From assembly GCF_009914755.1 (NCBI RefSeq), contig NC_060925.1: a stretch of 64,000 nt of DNA. One strand, given 5' to 3'. A model generated the notes under the pieces. That model was given only the letters and a program-made list of their open reading frames with translations, was not told where the DNA came from and did not search any database. This stretch comes from the human T2T-CHM13v2.0 reference genome, Homo sapiens. Shown in pieces: positions 13,373 through 28,165 of this stretch. Every line of letters starts with the position of its first letter. Position 1 is the stretch's first letter. Made by a program: the position numbers and the translations under genes.

Positions 13373-14593
13373 TGTTAACACAAGCGACCATCTGGACGTC
13401 AGTGAAGACCTCCCAGAGATTGTGGTGCCCTAGCAGAGGTGGGGAGGAGAGGTCGCAGGGCTGACCCGGCCCACAGCTGCTTAGAAGCAGGCCTCTCCCA
13501 GTGCCTCTCGCAGGGTCTTTCCCTCATCGCCAATTCTCAGACTGGTTCGAGGAGTATTGTTCTGGTGTGCCCTGGTATGGAGACGGTCTCCTCTCACCAA
13601 CACTGCTGAGCACTCCACAGTCAACCTACCGTGGCACCCTGCGGAGCTCCTTTATTCTCAGCTTCTCTCCCCTACCCAGACCAGAATTGGGGGGCAGTCC
13701 CATGTGACCCCAGCCTCCTGCCCAATCGAATAAAAGGGTGAAGCCCTCAGTCGAGGACATACAAGGGGCAGAGAGGACCGGCAGGGGCTGGGGGCTGGAT
13801 GGACGCTGCCTTGCTGGCGTTTGCTGGAAAAAGGTCCCATCCAAACTTAGTTTACACAATGTGCCAGACTGCAGCCACCCAGCCATGGCCAGTACGGTGC
13901 CTGTGGTCTTGGAGCCACATCACCAATGCTGCCACCACCGCAGGGACACGCTATGGAGATGTGACATCTGTGCACAGGCTCAGGGGCTCCATGGTTACTG
14001 GAGAGGCTGACGGTGCCACCCCAGAAATCACACCCTCCGGGAAGACTGACCACTGGGAGACAGAGCCAGCGGGAGCTGGCACAGATATTTCTATCCCTGC
14101 CTCCTCTAGGAGGACTGTCCCCAGACACGGCAGTTCACACAGTGTCTCTGAAGACATCCCATGAGACTAAGGAGTCAATCACACTTGCTGCCAAGCAGTG
14201 GCCACAGTGACCTGTTTCTAGGGGGCCCAGGCTAAGGCAATTGGTGCCAGCAGTGGTCCTGGAAAGCAACTGGTGACTGACCATCCAGGTTTGCAAGGAC
14301 ACAAACGGGACAGCTGGTCTCCTTAGAAAACAGACCGCAGGGTGGAATTCTGCAGTTGGATGGCCCACCCTTCTCAAGGCAATAAAGGGCTCCATTGCTG
14401 GACATTGCTTGGCACCTGCAGAGCTGGTTGCTGTAGCATCACCAACAATACCATGTAAGTGAAGGCACAAAAATCTGAAGGAAGCATAGTTACCACGTGC
14501 CAGCCTGTGGAGAGCAGGTGCAAAGGCCCTGTGGCTTTCATCATCTGTACTCACAGCCTATCACTTCTCAGAGTGATGATAAAGAAAGGATGC

Positions 14594-14880
14594 AGCTGGG
14601 CGCGGTGGCTTATACCTGTAATCCCAGCACTTGGGGAGGCTGAGGTAGGAGGACTGGTCGAGGCCAGGAGTTTGAGACCAGCCTAGGCAACATGGTGAAA
14701 CCCCATCTATACAAAAAATGCAAAAAAATTAGCTGGGCGTGGTGGTGCATGCCTGTGGTCCCAGCTACTCAGGAGGCTAAGTTGGGAGGATCACATGAGC
14801 CCAGGAGGTGGAGGCTGTAGTGAGCCATGATCGTGCCACCGCACTCCAGCCTGGGAAACAGAGGAAGACTGTTAAAAAAA
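14594..14880 (+). mobile_element. AluJ-type Alu
   Basis: Dimeric Alu whose tail runs into a GA-rich tract. Confidence 0.9.
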
Positions 14881-15085
14881 GAAAGAAACAGAGAGGGAGA
14901 GAAGGAGGAAGAGGAGGAGGCAAAAAGAAGAAAGAAGGAAGGGAGGGAGAGAGAGAGAGAGAAAGAAGAAGAAAGAAAGAGAAAAGAAAAGAAAAAAGAA
15001 AAGAGAAGAGAAAAGAAAAGAAAAGAGGGAGGGAGGAGGAAGGGAGGAAAGGAAACAAGAAAGGAGAAAGGAGAAGAAGGAAGGA
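14875..15085. repeat. Polypurine GA-rich low-complexity tract derived from the Alu tail
   Basis: ~210 bp of almost only A and G; source of the K/R/E-rich and S/F/L-rich ORFs in the track. Confidence 0.95.
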
Positions 15086-15429
15086 CCTCCACCTCCAAAT
15101 AAAGAATTCTGAGTTCTGCAAATGAAGCCCCCAGCAATCCAGAGCTAGGGAGAGGACTAAAGGAAAAGTGTACGGTAGCAGATGGTGAAACCATCATGAT
15201 GTGTGGCAGGGGCTTCACCCCCAAAGGTCTTTCCTGGATGCCCCAGCCAAGTAGCCATGAACTAGTTCTCCAGACCCTCCCTGGGCTGCTACCGTGTGCC
15301 AAGTCAGAGGCTTAGAGCCTGGGATCTGGGACAAAAATAAGACAAGCTTTCTGCCCTCCAGACACTGCTCCCCACACCCCCCCACTGCCAGTTAGGAGGA
15401 CGACAAAATTGGTTTTCAATCAAGGCACA

Positions 15430-15600
15430 TTCTAGATTCAAATCCCTGCTCCCCACTTAGGTCAAGTTGCTTCATTTAAACCTCAGTTTCCTCATCTGTA
15501 AAACAGACTATAAATCTTTGTTCAGGGAATTGATCTGGGTAAAACGGGAACTCCAATGGGCGTGTTCAGCCCCAGTCTAGCTTAGAGTAAGGCCCCAGAA
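15430..15600 (+). mobile_element. MIR
   Basis: TTCAAATCCCTGCTCC..CACTT...CCTCAGTTTCCTCATCTGTAAAA. Confidence 0.7.
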
Positions 15601-15885
15601 GCGATCGCTGCACCGGAGACCCCCCTACTTGGGGACAGTGCTTCTTGGTTGATGTTCTAGTCTCTGAGCTACTATTTCAAAGTTTCATGAGGGTTGAAAA
15701 GACTCATTTTGGAGAGTGGTTTATATTCTTTACAAATTAAAATGTTACCCAGTCTGACACCCACTCCCCTAACAGCCCCCATGTGGGCCCTCTAGCTTCC
15801 TAAGACTCCCCAGCCTGCCCCTCAGCCAGGTCTCAGGGCTGGGGGCCAGAAGGATCACACCACAGACAGCGCTGGTCTCCAAGGC

Positions 15886-15891
15886 TTTATT
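15886..15891 (-). terminator. ITPKB: Canonical polyadenylation signal of ITPKB
   Basis: AATAAA on the - strand, with upstream UGUA elements and a GU-rich downstream sequence. Confidence 0.85.
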
Positions 15892-18471
15892 CAGGAAGGT
15901 TTGCATCTGTTTGACAGGCACTGTGCAGGGGTTTGTAACAGTTCAGTTTTCTCCAAGGTCCCATGGGGAGAGGGGTGCAGAACAGGAAGAGAGCCTCTCG
16001 GCAGGCGGGGGGGTCCTCTCCTCCAGAACAAAAGGCACTGACGAGGTGACCACCCCAGAGCCAGGGGCTGGGTTATATACACATGGGGTGGACAGATGCA
16101 GAGAAACTCAAAGCTAAATACAACTGAAGGATGAAAGAGTCCATCTTACAGGGCCAGGGCTGCTTCTGGGCTCTTTCTACCAAGTGGGAAAGGAAGTTCA
16201 AAACAAAGGCAAAGCTTTCAAGGAGAAACAAGAGTCCAGCCTTTCGGTCTTAGTGTTCTGTGCAATTTTAAAACCCAACAAAATAAATATAACTTAAAAA
16301 TGTCTTACATGACACTAAAGGCAAGCCTGGGAAAAGCAAGCAGTTGAAGAAACCTTCCGAGAATGCTAAGCAGTGCTGAATGCCAGGAACTCGTGGGGCC
16401 CCCCGCAGGACAGGGCAAGAGGACCCTGCGCCCATTCACCTGGGCACAGGTACACAGAGTTTGTCCTGCCTGCTGGCACATGCACTGCCAGGACCCAAGG
16501 AGTCCCTGTGGTGACGAGGGCTGGGCAGGCACGGTCTTCCAGGCTGCCAGGGCAGGGGTTCTGGGAGATTCCATTTCACAATCCATCTATCCCACTGAGA
16601 CAAAGGGAAGGGCCAGATGGCAGGGAAGCGAGTGGCAAAATGGCTTGAGAGACAGAGTAGGTGTAGAAGAGAACTAGCACGGTAAATACAAAAAAAGAGA
16701 AAAAAAAAACAGAAAACAAAAACCCTAAGTAACAGAATAACCCTAAAATGATGCTACTTCATACTATGTTCACATATTTAATGTAACCCACAGCCAAGTA
16801 TTGCCAATAAGAGGCCCCATGGGCCTCCTTTAATAAGCACATCATTTGCATATTAGCACATTGTTTGCAAACAGCTGGTGTCTGCCTAAAGTGCTTGGAA
16901 CATTTTGTTCTCTTAAACAGGTCCCCTGTAATTTTTGTTCATATCATGATTTGCTTTAGCAAACTTCTTTCACAGATGGAGTAAGGATAACTTTTGGCCA
17001 GTCCATATTCATAGAATCTTTACGTCTGAATTAATGATGCCCCTGCCCTGCAAATGGCTGAAGCACAGACCACCAGGGTCCCTTCTAGCCCAAAAGTCAC
17101 TATAGCTCCAGAGGCCCAGAGTTGACTTTGGCTCCCCAACGCCCCCGTCCTGCCTGCCTTCCAGATCACATGCTGCCACGAGGTCTCTCGTGCTCCACCG
17201 GGCGCGTGTGTGACCTTTAGCAAGTCGGCCCACACAGGAGCTCACCACTGTTTTAAACAAGAGCCAGGAAGTGTAAGTTGATTTCCTTTTTTAAAATCTG
17301 TACTTATACATCCTCATGTGTCCCACCCTCCACCCCCAGCAAGTGTCACTCACACTTCCAGCACAAAAGGGGAAATGTACATGTCCCGTGGGCAGGTTGA
17401 CAGTTCCCCAGAGACCCCGGGGTGGTGGGGTGGGCAGTGGTTCCTCCAGACACACACACCTTGGTCCATAGTCTCCCTCTGTGTCCCTAGCTCCTGGACT
17501 CTCCCAGCTCCTGTACCTCTGACAGCAAAGGAGTGGGTGGCAAGCCCCAAGGAGCATGGGGCACAGAGCTGGGGGTTTTGTTCTTAAGAAGTCAGGCAAA
17601 TTTTACATTCCCTTCCATATCAGACTCACTGGCTTTCAGTTAAAATTGGGCTTAAATAGGTTCTCCACGAATCTCCAAATGCAGAGACTTCAGGAAGAGG
17701 TGCCTGGAGCACGCCCTGGCATCCACCACATACCCTACAAGATACCCACACTACATTGGAGAAGCAGGAATCTAAGCCCTCCAGGCAGTAAGGCTTGTTT
17801 CAGAGGCAATAACAAATGATGCCAGGAGGCCACCGCGGCACCTCTGGAAGCCAGAAGCCTGCCTTCTTCCTGCCTGGCGCAGACCTGAGCTCCTCCCCTA
17901 TTTCTATATCTGCAAGGGACTCTGGGCCCCATGACAGGAGCCCATGTATGCAGGCAGGGTTGACCAACTAGCACCAGGTAGGTGAGGGTCAAGAAAAATG
18001 TGCTCCTCCCTGGGGCCAGGGCCCAGAGACTCTATAGATCCCATCTTCCCCTGGTAGCACCCTTGGAGCTCAGCATGGCAGAGTGTGCCTTCTGAACTCA
18101 TGGGTTGCAATTCCAAGTGGCACAGCTTCTGCTCGCCTCCTCTGGGAAGGCCTAGATCAGAGAACACAGCCAAGCTGGCTTCAGCCTTCTCTTGGCTCCT
18201 GGGTCTGGCCTGGAGCCGGCAGGTTTCCATACCAGATGGGTGGGGGGCCTTGCCTGAGCAGCCCTGGAGAGGCCACCAGGGCATCCCTGAGGCTGCTAAT
18301 CGGAAGACACTTTGCTCACAGTCAACATGTGGTTCCCCGATGGTTTTGTGCCCCAACTACCAGAAAGCCCTGCTCCCAGCCAGGGACCAGGAACCCGGCC
18401 GGCCCCCTGGGCTCTCCGGTGGGGAGGCCCCGGCAGAAATAAGGCTGTGCTTGGCAGCACTCTAACAGCAC

Positions 18472-18490
18472 TGGCCGCCAGGGGGCAGCA
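18472..18490 (+). promoter_or_regulatory. Near-consensus CTCF motif inside the 3' UTR exon
   Basis: TGGCCGCCAGGGGGCAGCA versus the consensus TGGCCACCAGGGGGC(G/A)C; binding not shown. Confidence 0.55.
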
Positions 18491-18852
18491 GGCCTCCGCA
18501 GGTGGTAGGTCCAGGCTGGTGCTTCCTAGGGGGCTCCCAGAGGCAGGGCTCATCTGGTAGGGTCCCCTCAGCAGCCAGGGACCCCCTCCAGCTCTACACC
18601 TGACCCACCTCTAAGACTGGGCATTTCTCTTCTAGTAGGTGACCCTCTCTACAAAAAGCAGTGCAAACACCACCTCCAAGCCCTGAAGTTAGGAAAATGA
18701 CTAGAAACTCTCATCTCCTCTTCTACAAAGTGTCTTGTAGTGCAGTTCAGGAGGGTCAGTCAGGTGTAAGTGAAGGAAAAGTTAGGAACGAGAAAGGAAG
18801 CACAGGAGGAGGAAAGGAGGCCCAGGCGGGGGCCAGGGAGGGCGTGGGCAGC

Positions 18853-19311
<459 letters not shown>

Positions 19312-19345
19312 TCACCCCCTGACTCTGGCCTGCACACTTTCCACT

Positions 19346-19708
19346 CCTTCCCTCCCTCTTTCTTTCCTTCCTTCCTGCCTTCCTTCTTTTCCTTCCTTTC
19401 TTCCCTTCCTTCCTTCCTTCCAGACAGGGTCTTACTCTGTCGCCCCAGCTGGAGTGCAGTGGTGCAACCTCAGCTTACTGTAGCCTTGATCTCCTAGGCT
19501 CAAGCGATCCTCCCACCACAGCCTCCCGAGTAGTTGGGACTACAGGCATGCACCACGATGCCCGGCTAACTTTTTGTTTTTTATTTTTGTAGAGACAGGG
19601 TTTCACTATGTTACCCAGGCTGGTCCCAAACTCCTAAGCTCAAGCCATTCTCCTGCCTTGGCCTCGGAAAGTGCTGAGATTACGGGCATGAATCACACTG
19701 CACCTGGG
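19346..19708 (-). mobile_element. AluJ-type Alu (19422-19708) with a (CCTT)n-like tail (19346-19421)
   Basis: Antisense Alu sequence preceded by a CT-rich tract. Confidence 0.9.
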
Positions 19709-20931
19709 CAAACTTTCCACTCTTTCTAGACCACAACCCAATCTGGGGCCTCGCCCTTCCGCCTCCTAGAACCTGACTCCTCCCAAACACTCTGCAGGGA
19801 ACCACAGTGAAGGGGAAGGTGCCCAGGAGCGTCCAAACTATCCCGGGGCGGGGGTGGTGAAGAACCTGTTTCAAATGCACACAGCACCCCCACCCCAGCA
19901 GCACAACCCCTGCAGATTCAGCGTGGGCAGACCCTATAGGGCCTTCCCAGCCTGGCCCAGGGATAGTGGGCACCAAAGAGCCTGCCCCTCCTGGGTGAGC
20001 TCAGAGCCTCTGCATGGGAGCGAGGCGCTTTCCCAAATATGGCCACACATACCCCTGCATCACCTCAGTGGGGCCAGAGGAAGGCCGGGGGCACAGAAAG
20101 GGCTCAGGTGACATTCCAGCTTCCAGCAGTGCAGGGCAGGTGGGGCCCCTGGCGAGGCTGAGCCCAAAAAAGGGGCTTCCTCTTCGCAGGTGGAAAACAA
20201 CAGACCCAAGCTGATTTGGCCTCTTTCTAGACCTTAAGGGAGACCCCAAAAAGTGTAGAACAAAATGCTTTTCCAAGAAATAAAAGCAGAAGTGTTGAAG
20301 AAGGGTGGGAACGGCTTTGAGACAGAGCTCTGTGGCCTTAAGTTCTCCCAGGCTTGGCCCCTGGGGTCAGGCAGCCAGGCAGCACCCCCATCGTCCAGAG
20401 AGGCAGCTGGGGCAAAGGGGGCTCTGGCAGGTGGCAGGAGGATGCTTCATCAAGTGGAAAGGAGAGGCCACAGGAGGAGCTGAGGGTCTGGGGGACAAGG
20501 AGAGCAAAGAACATTCCGAGAAGGACCGAGCTCCCTGCTAGGGGCACAGCAAAGCCTGAGTCTCCTCTCTGGGTGTGCCACCCCCTCCTCGCAGCCATCC
20601 TCTCCAGGCGCCCCGCAGGGAATGACATGCAGAGCAAGGTAGACCATCTGCCTGAGGAGGCCTGGTGGTGTAGTTTGCAGAAAGATGCACCGCCCTGCTG
20701 GCTGCCTCAGGGCTGACCCTATGAGTTCCTCCTGCTGGCTCCGCAGCCTTCTCTGTGGGCATAGGCTGAGGCTGAGGCCACCTCCATGTAAGACCCCATA
20801 CAAGAGGACCTCCACAAGAGAGTCCCTACGAGAGGGGCTGCTTTCCTGAACTACCTACACAGCTGCAGGGAGCCGCAGGATCCCGCTTCACACCCACCCA
20901 CCCATGGGATTAGCCAGCCCCAGGACTGCAG

Positions 20932-20934
<3 letters not shown>

Positions 20935-20976
<42 letters not shown>

Positions 20977-21280
20977 ACTGGGAAAGGCATGCATGTTTGT
21001 GTATGAGTGGGTGTGCACACAAAAATGTGTGTGGATATATGAATACATGTGTGTGTTTGTATACGTATGACTTGTGTTAATGTGCTGTATGAATGTGTGT
21101 GCATGCATGTGATTGATCTGCATGTGTGTGAATGTGTGTGATTTGTGAATGTGTGTGCATGTAGGGTTTGAGTGTGATCTGTGAAGGTGTGTGCATGTAG
21201 GGTTTATGAGTGTGATCTGTGAATGTGTGTGGTATAGGATTGATGAGTGTGGGATCTGTGAATGTGTGTGTGAATGTGTC
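20935..21280. repeat. (TG)19 microsatellite (20935-20972) followed by a degenerate TG-rich simple repeat
   Basis: Read directly. Confidence 0.92.
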
Positions 21281-21834
21281 ATGTGGCTGGGGACCTGGAC
21301 TCCCCATGTCAGGGTCTCACACCCCTCCAGGGAACCTGCCGACACCTCCCAGAGCCTCTCTCAGGTGTCTCAGTTCCCCACCTGCTGCCTGCTGCCCCTG
21401 CCAACCAACGTATGCAAAGTTGGGAGATTCCAGCCCTGCCCGAGAGTGGCACCTGAAGACCTGCCTGCCCTCCTCAGGGTCTCATCTGAAGATGTAGGTG
21501 GCGGTCGGCGGGTGCCTGGCTACTCTAGCAGCTCAGAGAGCTTCTGCCCTGAGACCACGGGTGTGTGGGATATGAGTCCTGCCACCACTGCCCAGAATGG
21601 ACAAGACTCTGGAGCTGGAAGGACAAGGGAGGAGAAAGGGGGCAATAGCCAGGGGTCTCAGGCAGGACAGCCCGTGTGGTCACCCCAGGAAGCATTGAGA
21701 CGCAGCTCCCCCGTGCAGCGAGGGTCTGGTCCCTGATGGCCTGCCTCTGGCTGCACCACCCTGAAAATGCCCGATGCCCCGGGCTTCTGGAAGGAGAAGG
21801 AGAAGGCCTGTTGGCACGCGCAGCATTCTGCTCA

Positions 21835-22029
<195 letters not shown>

Positions 22030-23233
22030 TTACCCTAAACGCCGGACATCTAGAGGCAGCTTCCTGCGAGCAGGGCTGCTGTGGCGTCTTTCTCAGCATA
22101 AATGTCAGTACCTTTGACTTTTGAAAGGACAGGGTAAGAGAGAGAACCACAAATATCTCTCCCAGTGCCCTCTCCATGGAGCCCTATAAACCCATGTCAA
22201 GCTTTGCTGGCCTTGGGGGGTGCCCCATCTTCCCCAGAAGCCAGCTCTGTGGGTCTCACCCCCGGGCTGCCTTGGGAAGCTCGTCATACACAGGTACACA
22301 GAGTTCCTCAATGCCTGCTGGAAAAGAGTGACAGCTGGCCGGGCCAGCCGAGCAGCCCCCTGGAGTCTTCAGCACCAGGAACAAACCCCAGGCATAGGAG
22401 GCATGTTCCATGGTGGCCACTGCTTAGGGGCTGAGATCCTCCCCTGCAAGGGACTCAGGAATTGGAGGACTTGGGCTACGAAAGAGTCAGGCACATTCCC
22501 CCTGCCTGCAGCCTCAGAGCTTGCCAGGAGCCAAGGGAAGCCTCCCCAGCTGGAAAAGGAAGATTTCCCAGTTCCAGCCGGTACTGAGTCTCCTTGGAGA
22601 AACGGCTGCCTGGTCCGCCCCCACTTGCTCTGCAGCTGCTGTGGACTGTTCAGAAGGTGCCATTCACAGGGGCTCCAGGGCCCGTGTCCCAGATGTGCCT
22701 GGATCTCTGACTGTCCCAGGGAGCCGTGCACTTGGGGCACAGTGGCACAATATTCCCTGACTCAGCTGGAAGGGTCAGTGCTCTGGTCCCTGTGGGCAGA
22801 GCATCTATCCAGTCTGCGAGCCGCTGCAGCAGCAACACACAAGACAGAACTTTGTCATGAACTTGTACAACCCACACTCCTGGACTCGGAGACAGCTCGC
22901 CAGCTCTTGCTGGCAGGGAGCAGCGTGACCTCGGGCACACAAGATGGGGACAAGCAGGTCTACCCACAGCAGGTCTGCTGTGAAGATTTGCTGCACGCTT
23001 GGCATGACACCTGGCAGACGGCGGGCACTGTTCTCTCTCTCAGGGCATGGGAAATGCTCTCTGGAGCTATGGGGCCGATGGCTAAGGGAGAGTCAGTGAG
23101 TGTCCGCCAAGCTTCCCCGCCTACCCGCCGCACGCCAGGGACAAGCACATCGCCTTCTTCTTTACTTTCCAAGCAGAAGCCTGGGGCCAGGATGGATACA
23201 AACCTTCCTGGGTACTAACTTCAGTGCCCTTGA

Positions 23234-23551
<318 letters not shown>

Positions 23552-23602
23552 TGAAAGGGCAGAGTGAGAGAGCCACAAAAGTCTCTGCCAGTGGCCTCTC
23601 TA

Positions 23603-24304
<702 letters not shown>

Positions 24305-25714
24305 TCAGCTTGACTTCCTTTATAATCTACCATCTCTTCTTTCACGTTTTCTGAAAGCCAGGATCCAATACAGCCCTGCCCATCTCTGCTCCCTCGCCCA
24401 CCCCACTCCCATCTTCTTGGCCCCAGCACTATCTCTGTTCAGGCTGTCCTGGGCCCTCATGTGGGGCTTTGCTGACCTATGAGGAAATCTGTTCTTTAGG
24501 GACAAAGGGAATGCTCCACCAGGAGTCCCAACAGTGGGCCGTGTCTGCCCTCAGGCTGGAGAGTACTTCAGCTGTGTCCTCACTGTGGCTGCCTTCGACA
24601 GGACTGGCAGGACCTGGGGCTGAGGGAGCAGCCCTGGGTGCAGGAGGGGCCGAGAGCCGGGGGCTGTGGGCAGTGCACCCCAGGCAGAGCCTCTTAGCTA
24701 AGGGCGGGGCAGGCAGGTGATGGTGAAGACAGCTGGCTTCTCTCTGAGTGGGAAGACAGGCTGTCGGCTGTTCTGACGGCTGGACAATAGACAGAGACCA
24801 GGAGCACATCCTGCTCGAGAGGGAGAGGTGAAGGGAAAGTGGATTGTTTCTAATAAAGAAAGGAAAGCGAGCGTTAAGGAGAAGGCGGATGGGTACGGAA
24901 TTTGCATCCAGTCTCAGAGCTGGATGCAAAAAAGAGGGAAGGGCTGGTTTCAAAAGACAAAGAAGGGGGCAAATGCCTTTCTCAGCCCAGAGCTCGCAAA
25001 GCAGCTGTCCCGGGGGAAGGTAAAAACTTCCCCACATGCCACCGTGGGCAGCGAGCCATTGACAGCTGCGGAAGCTACGTCTAAATGCCATCTGAAAGGA
25101 GGCTCAGGGGACCCTCCCATCAGGACCATCGGCTGCCCAACCCTGACTCCAGGCTGGACACTGGAGATGATGCAGACCATGACTGGACAGAGAATGGGAG
25201 ACCCGACAACCCCACAGGGACTGCCATCTGCTCAAGAGGGACAGCTTCTGAGACCCTGAGGGGCCGGCGCCCCAAAGCCCGGCTCTTGCAAATTTAACAG
25301 CAAGGGTGCACACAGGGGCCCAGGGACAGGGAGATCATCCAGACAGTCACCAATCCAGACAGTGCCAGTTCCCCAATTTATTCTGGGGAAAGTAAATCAA
25401 CATTTGAACATAATCATGTATAGGAAGCTTCTGTGTGCCCATAGCCAGAGCTAAGAACTTTCCTGCCAGATACACATAGGTACAAAGGGATAGAAGGGAA
25501 AGAGCCATCATTTTGTAAACCACAAACACAAAGTAAATATATTAATTAGGGGAAAATTACATTTACTTATAAAGTTTGTCATGTTGTTTCTTTGGAGCTT
25601 ATGTTTCTATTTCTGTTCCAATAAATATTTTAAAATTTCCAAAAAAAGATCGAAGAGCAAAGCAGAGAGAATGCAGTTTCTCAGAGACCCTGGCTCCAAC
25701 ATCAAAGGCGGTCA

Positions 25715-26353
<639 letters not shown>

Positions 26354-26495
26354 TCACCAGCAGCTCCTTTCCTGCCTGGTGGATGAAGGTTTGGGGCGTG
26401 TGTTGCCCAACAGCTGCAGTCAGCTCAGTGCCCTGAGTCAAGGCACGTCTTTCCGAGGGGACGGCAGACTCTGTTCCAGCTGGGGCTGGCTCTAA

Positions 26496-26648
26496 TTTTT
26501 CTTTTCTTTTTTTTTTAGACAATTTTTTTAGTAGATAAGGGAGTCTCGCTATGTTGCCCCGGCTGGTCTCAAACTTCTAGCCTCAAGTGATCCTCCCACC
26601 TTGGCCTCCCAAAGTGCTGGGATTACAGGTGTGCACCACCACCCAGCC
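26496..26648 (-). mobile_element. FLAM / Alu left monomer
   Basis: Poly-T followed by GTCTCGCTATGTTGCCC.GGCTGGTCTCAAAC...GGATTACAGG. Confidence 0.85.
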
Positions 26649-27960
26649 TGGGGTTGGCTCTTGATCCAGGAGAAAAGGTGCAGCCTCACTGAATCGGACT
26701 GCCTTCACTTTCACTCCAAGCCCATCGGCTGGCCTCACAAAGCCCAAGGAGCTCCTCCTCGGGAGACCCCCACAGGAACCAGCAGAAGAAGGAAGACGGA
26801 GGCAGGGCAGCAGGGGGTGTCGGGGGTGGCTGGTCCTGATCCTGCTGCTACGGTGGAGCTAAGAGAGGGGACTGGGGGCAGGGTCTACTCAGGGCCCCAC
26901 TAGATCCCCTTGGCTGCCTCGGCCCTTCCATAAAGCGAGGGCTTCCAAAGCCAGAACCTGTCCTGGTGGGAGAAGTGGTCTGTCCTCAAGTCCCCATCTC
27001 TGCTGCTCTCAGGCAGCCTGAAGGCTGAGCCTGCCCATAAGTGTCTCTGGCTCTTTCCAAAGAGGTGAAATCTTCTGGAGCACAAAGTTCAGGTCAGAAA
27101 GTGGCCTTGGAAGGGGTCCCAGTGTGGATGGAGAAGGCCGTATTGTGGGGGAAAGGCAGGGGGCTCCCTCAGCCTCTGCTCATCCCAGAGACATGCCTGG
27201 TGCACCCCACCCCATCGACACCAGGCCTCCTCATAGGTGAGCCCCCAGTCCAAAAAGCCTGAGAAAATGCTTCCAACTCAACTGCCTCACGGCCCTGGCC
27301 TCCACACGAGCAGCTCCAGCTGAACTGGCGGGGACCACCTAGACACTGGGGAAGGTAACAGGGGCAGGGACAGCAGAGCACTTGAGCAGCCGGGGGCTGA
27401 ATCGCTGGCCCTGAGCTGCCGGGACACGCCACCTCCCCCAGCACACAGCTCTGCGCTTCTACCTTCTCCAGAGCAGAGGTGGGGTGAGTCATCCCACCCC
27501 CGCTCCTCTGCTCTCCTTTTAGAGCCCCAGTCTCCCTACACAACAGGCTCAGAGGCTGCCCACAGCCCTTGAGGAGGCAGAAATCAGCAGTGTCAGTTGC
27601 AGGATGGGGAAGTTTTCTCCCCTTTGCCCTGTGTGGGCGGGAGCTGCCCACAGAGGCCCCGCCCGCCTGCCCTCCACCTGGCCCTCCACTCTTCCTGCAT
27701 CTGTCTCCCAGGCCTTGTTCCAACACTGCCCACCAACTTCTCCAAGTTGCTGGTTTGGGACCCAGAACAGACTAAACAAAAACTACAGCCTCTTAAAAAT
27801 GACAGGCTTTAGAAACCACTGTATTAATTGAAATTTGCACGGAAAGAAAAGGGAAGAAAAAAACAAATCCTTTGGGTGTGAACTTAGGCCTGGCTGGTTA
27901 GGACCTTCCAGGAGGTGATGAGGGCTGGAGGGGGAAGTCAGTAGCTTTGGGTTGGGCCCT

Positions 27961-28165
27961 TGCATGCACACACAACCATGTGCGCACATACACACACATG
28001 TGCTCATGCACACACATGCACATAAACGCGGACTCCTGTGCACCACTGCACACACACAGGTGCACCCATGCAGGACACGCACAGAGCACACCCCTCACAT
28101 GCAGAGCCAGGTCAGTGGTGACGGGGGCATTGAGGCAGGGGCTGCGTGTGCATCCATGTGTGTAC
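27961..28165. repeat. CA/CATG-rich simple repeat
   Basis: CACACATGCA-type degenerate repeats. Confidence 0.8.

Larger units (their letters stand above)
15867..18852 (-). other. ITPKB: ITPKB 3' UTR (~3 kb; cleavage site approximate)
   Basis: Stretch without recognisable interspersed repeats from the stop codon to an AATAAA (+ strand TTTATT 15886-15891), followed by a GT-rich downstream element (CTGTCTGTGGTGTG on the - strand). Confidence 0.85.

Noticed and set aside
14769-15302. K/R/E-rich and S/F/L-rich ORFs (similarly 39032-39456)
   Set aside because: Translations of GA low-complexity tracts and Alu sequence.
22758-22766. Scattered AP-1/MARE motifs (TGACTCAGC here; TGACTCA at 30513 and elsewhere)
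   Set aside because: Short motifs at a frequency near chance, not supportable without chromatin data.
22220-23218. Longest ORF in the track (332 aa, antisense, intronic)
   Set aside because: GTG start, no recognisable domain, composition typical of GC-rich non-coding frames, and no promoter or poly(A) evidence. Would need Ribo-seq or PhyloCSF support.
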